A stretch of DNA of 64,000 bases, from contig CAYSHM010000003.1 in assembly GCA_964430885.1 (NCBI GenBank), positions 1-64,000 on the forward strand, given 5' to 3'. The stretch is from an uncultured archaeon (lineage in GTDB: Archaea; Thermoplasmatota; Penumbrarchaeia; JASLWR01). Positions 48,971 to 60,000 of the stretch are shown piece after piece. Numbering within the stretch: position 1 is the first letter of the stretch; each line of letters begins with the position of its first letter. The notes under the pieces were generated by a model. The model did not search any database. It was not told the DNA's origin and saw only the letters and a program-made list of their open reading frames with translations. The position numbers and the translations under genes are program-made.

Positions 48971-49182
48971 AATCTCACCTTTTATTTAATTTTAATTATA
49001 AACCATTTTATTTACCATTCGAACAATATCTAAAATCATTCTGGACATCCAGACAATTTTAGCATTGTTCAAATGACTGCCAAACGGCGGATAGGTTAAA
49101 ATAAATACATGCTATTTAAAACTTTCACCACAATAAATTTCACTTACAGAAGAGAATATTTTCAAGTATATGGGAAGAAATT

Positions 49183-49209
49183 AAAAAACCCTCCCCTTTT
49201 CAGGAGAGG
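49183..49209 (-). terminator. Intrinsic-type terminator after the Omp28-like gene
   Basis: Minus strand CCTCTCCT-GAAA-AGGGGAGG followed by G and T6. Confidence 0.7.
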
Positions 49210-49270
49210 TCTGCGCTTACCATCCATGGATAGAGGAAAACATTCGCCCTTATCTTTGGACTTTGAATGA

Positions 49271-52078
49271 TTAAAGGTTACCATATAATCTTTCATATTC
49301 ATCCTGCTGGTTCTGGGACATATCCTCACCGCCGGTCTCCTCATCAGACAGTGTTTCCACATCATCCTTTTTATTGCCGGACCTGGCGATCATTACTGCG
49401 ACAACCACTCCGATTATCAGAAGGAGGACAATCACAATAATGATAATTACCATGATCATACTTGAACCGCCTGATCCTTTATCGTTGCCATCGTCTCCAA
49501 CATTGGTGTCATCATCAGCAGGCGGCTGATCATCATCACTATCCGCATCGGGGTTGTCAAAAACTGTGGGATCAAGACCCCTTCGGTACTCTTCAAGATT
49601 GGTCAGGCCGTCATCATCATCGTCATCATCGAAATCCTTTGAGTTCTTTGCATCAAGATTATACTTGACCTCCCAACCGTCTGGCATTTGGTCCCCATCC
49701 GTGTCATTGTTGAATGGATCCAGATCCTCTGCGAACTCCTCAAGATTGGACAGGTCATCATTATCGTTGTCCAAGGATGCATCTGCAAAATCAAGTGGAT
49801 TGAGGCCCTGCTGAACTTCCCAACCATCCTCCATTTGATCTCCATCAGTATCAGGTTTGAGTGGATTGGTCCCGTTAAGGAATTCCTCCACATTGGTCAT
49901 GAAATCGCTATCTGGATCATTTGCAGCATCATTTCCCATCAGAGGATTGAACTCATAATCAACCTCCCATCCATCGGTCATAACATCATTGTCCGAATCC
50001 GAATTGAAGGGATTGGTCCCCACCTGGAATTCCCTCTTGTTAGTGAGGGCATCGCCATCAGGATCCTCAGATGAATCTGAATCATCCAGTGGGTCAAGGT
50101 TCACCTCGACCTCCCAACCATCTGGCATACCGTCTGAATCAGTATCATTCTCGTTGGGATTGGTATTGTTCAGATACTCCTCAATATTCTTGAGATCATC
50201 CTCATCATCATCGTTATCAGCATCAAAACCCATTGGGATCAATCCGTTGTCAACCTCCCAACCGTCGGGTATTCCGTCTCCCTCACTGTCCCATTCATTG
50301 GCAAAGGTCCCAACCTGATATTCCTGAAGGTTGGTAAGCCCGTCAGAGTCCTTATCTCCATTGGCATCAGACGCTAGGGGGTCCAGCTCGCAGTCGACCT
50401 CCCAGCCATCTGGCATTGCATCTGAATCTGTATCCTCATCGCCCGGATCTGTGGAAAACTGGAATTCCTCAATATTCTTCAAACCATCGCTGTCCGGATC
50501 ATCATATGCATCATTCTCACCAACAATGACCAATGGGTAAAGCTCCTCCCATTCATCAGGCATATTGTCATTATCTACATCCCTGTAATTCTTTTCGTTC
50601 TGTATCTCAAACACACTGAGAGAGAGATAGGTAGTTTCCTGACCCATGGGGTCCCGAGCAGTTATCCTTACCCTGTATGTATCTGTATTCCATGTTGCAG
50701 TGGTATTTGTATCCCACTCATAACTGCCCGTATTCTCAAGACCAGTGTAGATCACATGGAATTCCGGTTCGGCCCTATTATCTGGATCCCGAGTAAAATG
50801 AAGGTCTATTGTAAGATCTTCTGAGGCGTCATTATCAGGCAGAACATCACCGTCTTCACCGTCATCCGTGGCGGTCCATGTAATGGTGTTCAGACCGCTC
50901 CATATCTCGCCGCCCAAGGGTGTGTTCAATGTGACAACAGGGGGAAGATCATTATCTATCTCGAATGTTGTATCCATTGTGGCACTAGCGGTCTTTCCGC
51001 CAGCGTCAGTAACTGTGATCTTCAGCTTGTAATCGGTCTGATCAACGGCCTGGGTTGTATCCCATATATAGGATCCCGTATTGTCCAGATCACTCTCAAT
51101 AACAGACCAGCCGCCGTTTCTGCCGTACTCCAGTTTGATGGTAAGCTCATCTCCGACATCGGTGTCAGTTGCGGTCCAGTTGATATGGGTATTCCCCCTG
51201 ACCAGACCTGAAGGTACATCATCAAAGTGGACTGCAGGCTCATGGTTGAAATAAACATATCCTTTGGTTTCTATGCTTAAGGGGCTAGCTATATTCTTCC
51301 GGCTGTCAATATAACCCTTGTAGGTTGCATCGATTCCAGTGTTGTTTGCATTTCCGCTTCCGCCTATATGGCCGATAACACCGTCGAAAACGCTGAAGGG
51401 TATCGCTCCGCCCCAATTATAATAAGCAAATCTAGCATCCGTCTCAGCGGTCCCGTATGCGTCGGAAGTGGGATGCCATTCAAGAAGAGTATAATGGTCG
51501 GGGAAATAATTGCTGTCCGCTACTATTCGGTCATGTGCACCTACGGAACCGGGGCAATATCCGCACCAGGTAGCAGTGAAACATTCTCCAAGTACCCTTC
51601 TCTGGGTTCCAGTGTTCTGCAGTGTCTTTGTCATGGGATCGATGGTGGACTGCATAACCTCATAGGAATCATACTGCCTTTGGGGATCATTGTTCATGTT
51701 TTTCCGTTCTTTGGACAGGCTCTGGACAAATACTACAACCCTAAGATCCTCTTTGATCCATTGAGCGTTAGGTGTGAAAGTCTTGTTGAAATGGAACTCC
51801 TGTCCAACATTGGTTATCTGAATATTTTCCACAGCCAATACATCTCTGACCGTATGACGATATCGAGCACCGTTATGAAGGGTCTTCAGATCCTCCACTA
51901 GTACAAAGGAAACTGAGCAATTGGTTTCTGCCGGCATATCCTCTACCTTGATCGTAGCATCTATCCAATTGGTGGTGTCGATCCTATCTGCGGAATCGTC
52001 CTCCGCAGATACCAGAACCATAGCACTGGACACCATGCAGAGACATATTGCCAATATAAAAATCCTTTTTTTCATCAT
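49271..52078 (-). CDS. Surface protein: Omp28/thioredoxin-like domain, two Ig-like domains, TSP3-like Ca-binding repeats, C-terminal TM
   Basis: Signal peptide; FTATWCGYCP; NTGSYxWDT twice; 14 DxDxD-type motifs; TM and acidic tail. Confidence 0.82.
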   Translation of the reverse strand: MMKKRIFILAICLCMVSSAMVLVSAEDDSADRIDTTNWIDATIKVEDMPAETNCSVSFVLVEDLKTLHNGARYRHTVRDVLAVENIQITNVGQEFHFNKTFTPNAQWIKEDLRVVVFVQSLSKERKNMNNDPQRQYDSYEVMQSTIDPMTKTLQNTGTQRRVLGECFTATWCGYCPGSVGAHDRIVADSNYFPDHYTLLEWHPTSDAYGTAETDARFAYYNWGGAIPFSVFDGVIGHIGGSGNANNTGIDATYKGYIDSRKNIASPLSIETKGYVYFNHEPAVHFDDVPSGLVRGNTHINWTATDTDVGDELTIKLEYGRNGGWSVIESDLDNTGSYIWDTTQAVDQTDYKLKITVTDAGGKTASATMDTTFEIDNDLPPVVTLNTPLGGEIWSGLNTITWTATDDGEDGDVLPDNDASEDLTIDLHFTRDPDNRAEPEFHVIYTGLENTGSYEWDTNTTATWNTDTYRVRITARDPMGQETTYLSLSVFEIQNEKNYRDVDNDNMPDEWEELYPLVIVGENDAYDDPDSDGLKNIEEFQFSTDPGDEDTDSDAMPDGWEVDCELDPLASDANGDKDSDGLTNLQEYQVGTFANEWDSEGDGIPDGWEVDNGLIPMGFDADNDDDEDDLKNIEEYLNNTNPNENDTDSDGMPDGWEVEVNLDPLDDSDSSEDPDGDALTNKREFQVGTNPFNSDSDNDVMTDGWEVDYEFNPLMGNDAANDPDSDFMTNVEEFLNGTNPLKPDTDGDQMEDGWEVQQGLNPLDFADASLDNDNDDLSNLEEFAEDLDPFNNDTDGDQMPDGWEVKYNLDAKNSKDFDDDDDDDGLTNLEEYRRGLDPTVFDNPDADSDDDQPPADDDTNVGDDGNDKGSGGSSMIMVIIIIVIVLLLIIGVVVAVMIARSGNKKDDVETLSDEETGGEDMSQNQQDEYERLYGNL
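49560..50585 (-). repeat. About 7 tandem ~48-aa bacterial TSP3-like repeat units
   Basis: Alternating DtDxDxMPDGWE and DxDxDxLxNxEE motifs. Confidence 0.85.
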
Positions 52079-52329
52079 TATATATCCTCCTTATAGTACA
52101 CATTTTTCATTGTAAAAAATTGATAATTAAATAATTGAAATTCTATTTATAATTTCGGGCAAAGTAATTTTCAATTACCTATAAGTGTATAACACCGTAA
52201 TTGAAATATTATGAGTAGTGTAAACCAATAAAAATTGAAATAGAGAATGTTAAAAGACCATTATAAATTGATTTAAACAGTGAAATTCGGATGACTGTTC
52301 AATATATTTAGCTCTTAATAGGAACAAGT

Positions 52330-52941
52330 TCATATCTTGGTTTCGAAGTCCTCGGGAGTCAATTTGAAATCGGAGTAATTTATAAGCTCCCCGTTGTTCT
52401 TCAGTACTTCTCTTGAAAGGAGCCAGTATAACAAAGCCAGGGATTTTCGGCCCTTATTATTAGCGGGAATCACCAGGTCAACATTTCGGGTATAATTATT
52501 TGCATCACAGAAACCCACCACAGGTATTCCAATCAGCAATGCTTCCCTTAAAGCCTTGGAATCCGCTGCAGGGTCAGTCACCATCAGAACCTCGGGCTCT
52601 AGATATGTGGCAAGTTCTGGGTTTGTCAGGGTTCCAGGTACGTATCGGCCTTGGAGGGTCATGGTCCCCAGAACCTTGGAGAAGAATTTCACAGGTGTTT
52701 TACCATATTGTCTTGCAGATAGTACCAGTATCTTATCAGGATCGTAATTTGCCAGAAATTTACCAGCAGTTTTTATCTTGTCCTTGGTGTGCTGGATGTT
52801 GAGTACGTAAAGACCGTCATCACGGACCTTGAATATGTAGGGTTTCATATCTGCACTTTTCTGTTTGGTCCCGATGTGTACACCTGCTGTAAGCAGCATA
52901 TCGTCCTTGACCATCTCGTCTCCGCCTTCTTCATTAACCAT
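52330..52941 (-). CDS. rps2: 30S ribosomal protein uS2
   Basis: AGVHIGTKQK, RDDGLYVLN, GRYVPGTLTN, IPANNKGRKSL. Confidence 0.96.
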   Translation of the reverse strand: MVNEEGGDEMVKDDMLLTAGVHIGTKQKSADMKPYIFKVRDDGLYVLNIQHTKDKIKTAGKFLANYDPDKILVLSARQYGKTPVKFFSKVLGTMTLQGRYVPGTLTNPELATYLEPEVLMVTDPAADSKALREALLIGIPVVGFCDANNYTRNVDLVIPANNKGRKSLALLYWLLSREVLKNNGELINYSDFKLTPEDFETKI

Positions 52942-52956
52942 TGTAACCAACCTCAA

Positions 52957-53133
52957 TTATATATCTGACCTTTGAATAGTAGTTATGGGTGTCAGTCCCT
53001 TTCCAAATTCATACTGAGCAATCGCTACTGAATCAAACATATCCGGAGGAACATCTACCAAAGCCGGAGCTCCCAAACTGATTTGCAGTGCCCGGGCTCC
53101 GATTATTCTTGCTTTTTCATATCTGTTATACAT
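52957..53133 (-). CDS. rpoK: RNA polymerase subunit Rpo6/RpoK (not in ORF track)
   Basis: MYNRYEKARIIGARALQISLGAPALVD...IAQYEFGKGLTPIT, 58 aa. Confidence 0.95.
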   Translation of the reverse strand: MYNRYEKARIIGARALQISLGAPALVDVPPDMFDSVAIAQYEFGKGLTPITTIQRSDI

Positions 53134-53317
53134 GATATTTCCTACCCTGATGTTCTATCTTTAATTTGTCGGATATTGCCTTGATCATAGTTGATTATAA
53201 TCATTATTGATTCATGACCAACACAATAACAAACCTTGAAACGTGAATATCCATATCTTATATAATTCTTACTTACCAATTAAAATACTCGGATTTTTAG
53301 TATTTCAAAGCTCATTT

Positions 53318-53842
53318 TTATAGGTTGGAAAAAAAACTGAAAATTTCATGGGTCTCCCGACTGAATAAACACATAATTATTCTTTCTAATATTCCTTGGA
53401 CGATTATTTCACCAGTAACAACTCTATGAAATATTTCCGCGGCCTCTTTCAATGGATAACCATATGCACCACAGGATATTGCCGGAAAAGCGATCGATTT
53501 TATGGAAAGATTTTCCGCCTCCTTGAGACACGCCACATAACAGCTTTCAAGTAGATGAGATTTGTCCTTTGAAGGATGATATACCGGTCCAACAGTATGG
53601 ATCACAAATCTGGCGGGAAGCAGGTATCCTCTAGTTACAACCGCCTTGCCGGATGGCATGCCATTGGGATATCTTGTACGGCGGATCATCCTGCACTCTT
53701 CCAAGAGTTTTGGTCCTGCTGCCCGATGTATGGCGCCATCCACCCCACCTCCACCTAAAAGACTGGAATTGGCTGCGTTCACTATGGCATCCACTTTCAA
53801 CTGCGTAATGTCTCCAACAATGTAATCCACTACCAACCGCAT
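53318..53842 (-). CDS. Macrodomain O-acetyl-ADP-ribose deacetylase (YmdB-like)
   Basis: GDIT, VNAANSSLLGGGGVDGAIH, IHTVGP, FPAISCGAYGYP. Confidence 0.92.
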   Translation of the reverse strand: MRLVVDYIVGDITQLKVDAIVNAANSSLLGGGGVDGAIHRAAGPKLLEECRMIRRTRYPNGMPSGKAVVTRGYLLPARFVIHTVGPVYHPSKDKSHLLESCYVACLKEAENLSIKSIAFPAISCGAYGYPLKEAAEIFHRVVTGEIIVQGILERIIMCLFSRETHEIFSFFSNL

Positions 53843-53851
53843 TCCACCCTA

Positions 53852-55744
53852 TCAACCTCGGAATATTATCCTTTTACTCATATGAAGGGATAGAGGATGG
53901 GGCTTGAATGGCATATCGTCCTGTTCCTTTTTCAACCTTTCTTTCAGCCCTTCGATGTCTAGCTTCATCTGTTCTTTTGTGCTTCTAATCCTGACTGAAA
54001 GTTCGCCGCTTTCTTTCTCCTTATCTCCCACAACCACAATAAAAGGCACCCATTCCTTCTCAGCATTCCTGATGCTCTTTCCAACAGTACTGCCTGTGTC
54101 ATCAATATCCACCCTTACTCTTTCAAATTTCCTGCATAGTTCTTCACAATAACCCAAATGATATTCTGATACTGGAATCAATCTCATCTGAGTGGGGGAC
54201 AACCAGTAAGGCAAGCTGGGTTTGATGCCTTTCATGGTGTTCTTATAAGCTCTCTCCAATAAGGAATAAATCACCCTTTCGATAGCTCCTGAAGGGGACA
54301 TGTGCATGATCAATGGAAATTGTTTATCTCCGTTCTCATCGGTGAATTGTATATTATATCGCTCAGCATTTTCAACATCTATCTGGTCAGTTGAAAGGGC
54401 AGAAGCCTTGTCAAGAGCATCCACGAAATTCCATTCATACTTCATAAGGAAATAGAAAAACCTATCGTTCCACATTTCTAGAAGGATGGGAGCTCCCCAT
54501 ATCCCTATAAGCTCTTTGATAAAATCGCGGTTTTCTTCATAAAAATCCTTGGTGATCCTTATAGCCATTTGAAAATCATTTTCCATATCGTAACCGATGT
54601 TCTCCAGAATACTTCTTGATAGCTTGAAACGAACTATCATCTCCTCCTTTGCCTGTTCCATATCTGCACAGAACGCGTGGCAGTCAGGCATGGTAAAAGC
54701 ACGTAATCGTCTCAGACCTGTGAGTTCACCCCGCTGTTCCAATCTGAAGGAATAACGGGTCAACTCATAGAGCTTTGCCGGGAGCTGCTTATAGCTCAAA
54801 GTAGCATCATGCATCATCAGAAATTGTCCGAAACAAGCTGCGAACCTAAGAAAAACATCCTTGTCAGGTGTTTCTATCTTATATTGCCTAGCTGGGAACC
54901 TATCCAAGTATTTCTTCAGAGAGGGATGTTCATAATCGTACATAATAGGGGATTCGATCTCCCTTCCACCATATTCTATCACCCGCTCGGTCACATATTC
55001 TTCCAAAAGACCTTTTATGAATCTGCCTTTGGGATAAAATCTCATATTCCCTGGATCGGAGCCTGGCTCGTAGTCCGCAATCTCATGTTTCTGCATCAGT
55101 TGTACATGAGGAGGGCTTTTCTTACCTCCTCGGGATTTACTTATTTCATAGGAGGCAAATTTTTCAAGATCTTGTTCACCCTTGAAATTATATCCACTGA
55201 CCTTTCCGTTATCATCGTTTATCTCGTTGATATTTCCGTTAAGGTCCATGATATACCAATAGGACCGGGCCTCATCCTCCGCCTTCAATGCTGAGGATTC
55301 CAGTATCTCTTTTTTACCTGTACCTTGAATTTCCCTTGAAAGCTCACTCAACGGATGCCCTTTACAGGAAATTTTAAAGGATTTATACCAGCCAAACGGA
55401 GCTCGATATACCTTGTAATGACTTAATTTGAGTTCTTCAAACAATCTTAATTCAACCTTGACTGCTTCTTTTGGTTTAGCAAGGTCGGACGACAGATGAG
55501 CATAGGGATAAAGGAATATTGCATCCACGCCCACGGTCTCAGCAGCATCAAGAATAGTCTCGGTGGCTTCGTATATCACTTCATCAATGTTCTTCCAATC
55601 ATTCTTCTCCACAGCATTGAAGGCCACTAATACTTCATCACAACTCTGATGTTTCAGGGATTCACCTATGTCTTCAGCTATGTTCTTGATTGCCTTTGTT
55701 GTCTCATATTCCATATAATCAGAATGAATCAATAATAATTTCAT
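53852..55744 (-). CDS. thrS: Threonine-tRNA ligase, archaeal type
   Basis: MKLLLIHSD editing domain, YPYAHLS, PFGWYK, CKGHPLSELSR, LRFAACFG, MPDCH. Confidence 0.96.
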   Translation of the reverse strand: MKLLLIHSDYMEYETTKAIKNIAEDIGESLKHQSCDEVLVAFNAVEKNDWKNIDEVIYEATETILDAAETVGVDAIFLYPYAHLSSDLAKPKEAVKVELRLFEELKLSHYKVYRAPFGWYKSFKISCKGHPLSELSREIQGTGKKEILESSALKAEDEARSYWYIMDLNGNINEINDDNGKVSGYNFKGEQDLEKFASYEISKSRGGKKSPPHVQLMQKHEIADYEPGSDPGNMRFYPKGRFIKGLLEEYVTERVIEYGGREIESPIMYDYEHPSLKKYLDRFPARQYKIETPDKDVFLRFAACFGQFLMMHDATLSYKQLPAKLYELTRYSFRLEQRGELTGLRRLRAFTMPDCHAFCADMEQAKEEMIVRFKLSRSILENIGYDMENDFQMAIRITKDFYEENRDFIKELIGIWGAPILLEMWNDRFFYFLMKYEWNFVDALDKASALSTDQIDVENAERYNIQFTDENGDKQFPLIMHMSPSGAIERVIYSLLERAYKNTMKGIKPSLPYWLSPTQMRLIPVSEYHLGYCEELCRKFERVRVDIDDTGSTVGKSIRNAEKEWVPFIVVVGDKEKESGELSVRIRSTKEQMKLDIEGLKERLKKEQDDMPFKPHPLSLHMSKRIIFRG

Positions 55745-56037
55745 CTCAACTCACATCCCTATTTACCATTTAAGAAGCGAGTTCTTCAACAGCAACACGG
55801 TTAAAAAAACATTATGGTTATTATTCTTTGTTACAGCTAAAAGCAATCACAATTGTTCCTATTTGTTTATCGCCATGTAGAAACAGCCAGAAAAGGGAAA
55901 CTCGAAATCATATTACTGGATGAAAATTGAAAGGATCAGAATATATTTTTCTTGGTGATTGAACATAATCTACCAGAATGGGCTTACAATTCTTCAGAAT
56001 TTCAAGAAAAATAAGGTAAAAGTAGTAAGAAATTAAA

Positions 56038-56979
56038 TTATTGCCAGCCGATTTCTTCTTCATCATCCCAATCTGAAATGGCCTTGCGATGCCGTCTTTT
56101 TGTGGGACGTTCCCTCCCCCGTTCCCTCAGGGAGACTTCTGTAAATCCATCCATCCTATCATATTCTATCCTTTTAGGTTCGGGAGGTAAATAATCATCA
56201 TCATAATCACCAAAAACATCCTCATCCCAATCATCTGAATCAGACCTATCCCTTCTTCCTCTAGGAGAGCCGACCTTCCCATCTGGCTTCTTTGAACCGC
56301 TATTCAATCCTGAATAAATATTCTGTTTAGACCCGCTCATATACTCCTTAATCTCATCGCTGTCGACCTTGATGGCCACCGCCAAACCGCCAATAACCAA
56401 TACTGACAATATCAACAGACCGTAGGCCAAATTGGAAATCTCCCATTCACTCTTTGAGCCGTCATCATTTCCCCCACCATCCATCACCGTATATGAATAC
56501 TTCAGATTTACCCTGCTTTCATAGACCGACATAGGTTTGTCAATTGACGTTGAATTATACGATATTCCAAAATAATAATTACCCTCATCTGCAGAATCGG
56601 TGATAATCTTTGATGGATGAACAACCAGTTGATTCTCCGATATTATTTTAAATGTGTTTGACCCTAATCTATTCCAGCTGACCGTATCCTTTGATATGAA
56701 TAGGTTGACACTTGAAAGGTTCATTCCGCCATTTAATAATTCATACTCAACAATGAAATCCCCCTGCACCTCATCTGGAATTTGAACTAAGCAAACTTGA
56801 TTCGTATCGTCTCTGGAATTGCTCATATGATCAAATGGGGATTTTTGAACTACCTGGGATTCAGTGGTATCCTTACTATGAAATAAAATAATGCAAGTGA
56901 AAATAAGAATTGAAAAAATTAAACACACAATAATGCCTCGCTTAACTATATATTTCTCAGAGCAGATCTTTTCCAGCAT
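56038..56979 (-). CDS. Hypothetical two-TM membrane protein with charged cytoplasmic tail
   Basis: 313-aa ORF, GGGAGA RBS, two hydrophobic helices. Confidence 0.65.
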   Translation of the reverse strand: MLEKICSEKYIVKRGIIVCLIFSILIFTCIILFHSKDTTESQVVQKSPFDHMSNSRDDTNQVCLVQIPDEVQGDFIVEYELLNGGMNLSSVNLFISKDTVSWNRLGSNTFKIISENQLVVHPSKIITDSADEGNYYFGISYNSTSIDKPMSVYESRVNLKYSYTVMDGGGNDDGSKSEWEISNLAYGLLILSVLVIGGLAVAIKVDSDEIKEYMSGSKQNIYSGLNSGSKKPDGKVGSPRGRRDRSDSDDWDEDVFGDYDDDYLPPEPKRIEYDRMDGFTEVSLRERGRERPTKRRHRKAISDWDDEEEIGWQ

Positions 56980-57043
56980 GATTTATCTCCCCATATATTC
57001 CCATAGACATGGTTATTGATTTCAAAAAAATACGCTCTCGTTA

Positions 57044-60000
57044 TTATTTTCGGCCCTTCTTTTCCGTCCGGGATCCCAAACCCATCCCTTCATTTTTAAT
57101 CGCCCTCATCTCCTTCCTCCCTATCCTCGATAGAAGGACTGCGCCTACTGCGACAATCGCTAATAATATGGAAATGGAGCAAAGTATATTTTTCGTATTG
57201 GGTTCATATTCCACTTCCACATTCAAGGTTGTGGAATTACCTTTATCATCATCGTCATATATTGTCAATGTTACAGCATAGGTCCCCTTTTCGTTATATT
57301 TATGCTGGACCCGGGATGTGTTGGTAGTGATTTTGGTACCGTCGCCAAAATCCCAATCATACCTCACAATATTTCCATCAGGATCAAATGAGGAATTTGC
57401 ATCAAAGGTAACATATTCACCAGGCTCAATGAGTTTTGGGACAAAGAGGAAAATGGAGGGACCCACAGGAACATTTGAAACGATCACTTTCAATGTATGA
57501 GTAACATTGCCCTCGCCGTCTGAAGCGGTTATGAATACGTCATGGGTGCCATTGTCGAGATAACCTGTCTGCCACCAAGAAGTAGTTGTTGCACCGGAAT
57601 ATGAAACTGATATGTTTTTATTGTCAGGATCCGTGATCTTCGGATCTATTGAAAGCATTTCCCCTTCCGAAACAACGATATACTTATTGTATTCAATTTT
57701 TGGTAGATCATTAACTGGCGTCACGTTTACCGAGAAGTAGATGGATGTACTGGCATTGTAATTATCTGTAGCTATAAGTGTTATGTTCTCCTGTCCGAAA
57801 TAATTCTTCTTCATGGAGATATGAACGCTATTGTTATTCTCAATGTTGAAAATGATCGAACGGTTCCCAAAGAAAGTATAATTGAGCAATTCATTTTCAT
57901 CTATTCCAAGATCGGGATCCCAAAAGATACTGGAGAGATTGAAATATAGTTTCTCAGGGGTATCTTCCTCTATATAAATCCGGTCCAACTGGGTAATTAT
58001 CTGAGGTGGATCATTAACATTCTTTACAGTAATTTTCAGTTCAATGGTGTCCTCCCCTCCGTTACCGTCAAAAACAAGGAATGTGAAAAAATGGTCACCA
58101 ACTGCGGTATTATTGGGGGTCCACTGGAAACGACCTGTTGTGCGATTCAATTCGAGGTTCGAATGCCCCGTAGGAAGCAACTGGAAATATAAAATATCTA
58201 CAGGCCTATCAATATCCGTCGCGTTCACGACGAAATCCAGAGGGACACCTTGGTAGGTGGTCTTGTTCTCCATGGCTGAAAATACCGGAGGATTATTGAT
58301 CAAATGCAATTCCAATGTTGAGTTGGGAGAACGGACATTCTTACTGTTAACAGCTGTGACATTGATGTAGTACACATGGCCGAAGAAACCTTCTTCTTGA
58401 AAAGTGAATTCGTTATCTTGAATTATTTCGGATGATAACAAATAACTGCCATTTCGATCCTGAATTGTTATCTCATATGCAACATTCTGCCCTTGGAAAT
58501 CAAAACTCGGAGCCCATCTCAGAGTAGGTTTTAACCTATGAGTCGCATTCGCTGAAATGATACTTGGAACCGTGGGAAGATACTTCTTGATACCTGCATA
58601 TTCGAACATAGTACAGGATACAAGTCTGGAGAACTTGGACATATAATCAAAATCCAATCTGGAATAATTATTATCCTCCTCAGGCCAATTGGACGGCCAC
58701 CAATCTTCAATATCAAGTGAATCACTCTCTGATAATCCAACAGCAGGGAGATTGTATTTCCAGAAAGAATAATAATCATCTTGGCCTTCCATGCGCCCAT
58801 CCACCTGTCTAATGCTCAGATCAATATTCTGCCGGATATTCACATCAGTTAAATTATCAACTATGGAATTGGATAATTGATTCTTCCATATCCCACATAC
58901 ATCACCCTGGGCTCCACCATATCCAATTCTATCAAGGGTTATTACTGCTCCTATATTGGACCCTGACAGGTTAAGATTCCTAGCGTACTCATTACTGCCT
59001 ATTCTGCCGCTACCGTTTGAACCTCCATCAACAGCCACGAACCTTATTGTAGCATTGAAATCGTAAGATGATAGCAATCTTGCGCTTTCAAGAAGAACAG
59101 CCATACCGCTGGCATCATCATCTGCACCTTTATAGGCCAATGATTCCGTATCATAATGTGCTAGGATAATATACTCCTCATCAGAAACAGGATTGATCCC
59201 TTCACTTGTACATATGATATTTGTGTAAGCAGTTCCATTCACATAGAAAGTGAACGTATCAACATTTTCACCAAAAAGCTCTGAAAAACGCTGAACCAAA
59301 TAATTCTCTACCTCTTTATGGCTGGTTGTATTTCTATATCTATTGGGAAAGTTCATAAGATCTTTGGTGATAGAACGAATAGATTCCCTTGAAACCCTTC
59401 CTGAAACACTCGAAGGAGAAGCATAATATTCCAATGGGAGACGCAATTGCATGGATTTATCCATATATACATAGTGAATGCTCTTCCCTTCACCTATTGG
59501 ATGGGGATATTCGATTTTATGAGTGGTCTTAATCTCCTGGTCATTCATTTTCAATATCTCTTCAGTGACAATTATTTTTGAAATCTTCCCCTCACTATCG
59601 CTTATTAGATCGGGCGATTGGCCAACGGGTACCCCATTGATATTGGTTATAGCCAAAGGAATACCATTAACCGGGATATTCTGGGACTCGAAAAATATAT
59701 CTAGATACCAGTTGATGCTCAATCTAGACTGCTGATCCAAAATATCTACCTTTTCCTTGTCAATTGTGCAGTTCAAAGCGGAAATAAAACTTGATTCCTC
59801 AAGCTCCATGTCTTTTAAGCAATTACTGAAACTTGAATTTGTTAGCAGAACCGAGGAACGGTTGGCCTTCAATCCCAACTTAGCAAATGATAAAATGGTA
59901 TTATTGAAATAGGACACATTGGTTGATGTTTGGAATATTTTCAACCCCTGCCAATTCGACTCGGAATATTTTGTGAAAATGATGGGTTCCTCAACTGTAC

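Noticed and set aside
48630-50585. Repeats as a CRISPR array or mobile element
   Set aside because: They are in-frame protein repeats (TRAM tail, TSP3-like units) with no spacer structure
55770-55790. thrS leader hairpin as a tRNA-Thr anticodon mimic
   Set aside because: Only a 5-bp stem and the loop lacks an NGU anticodon
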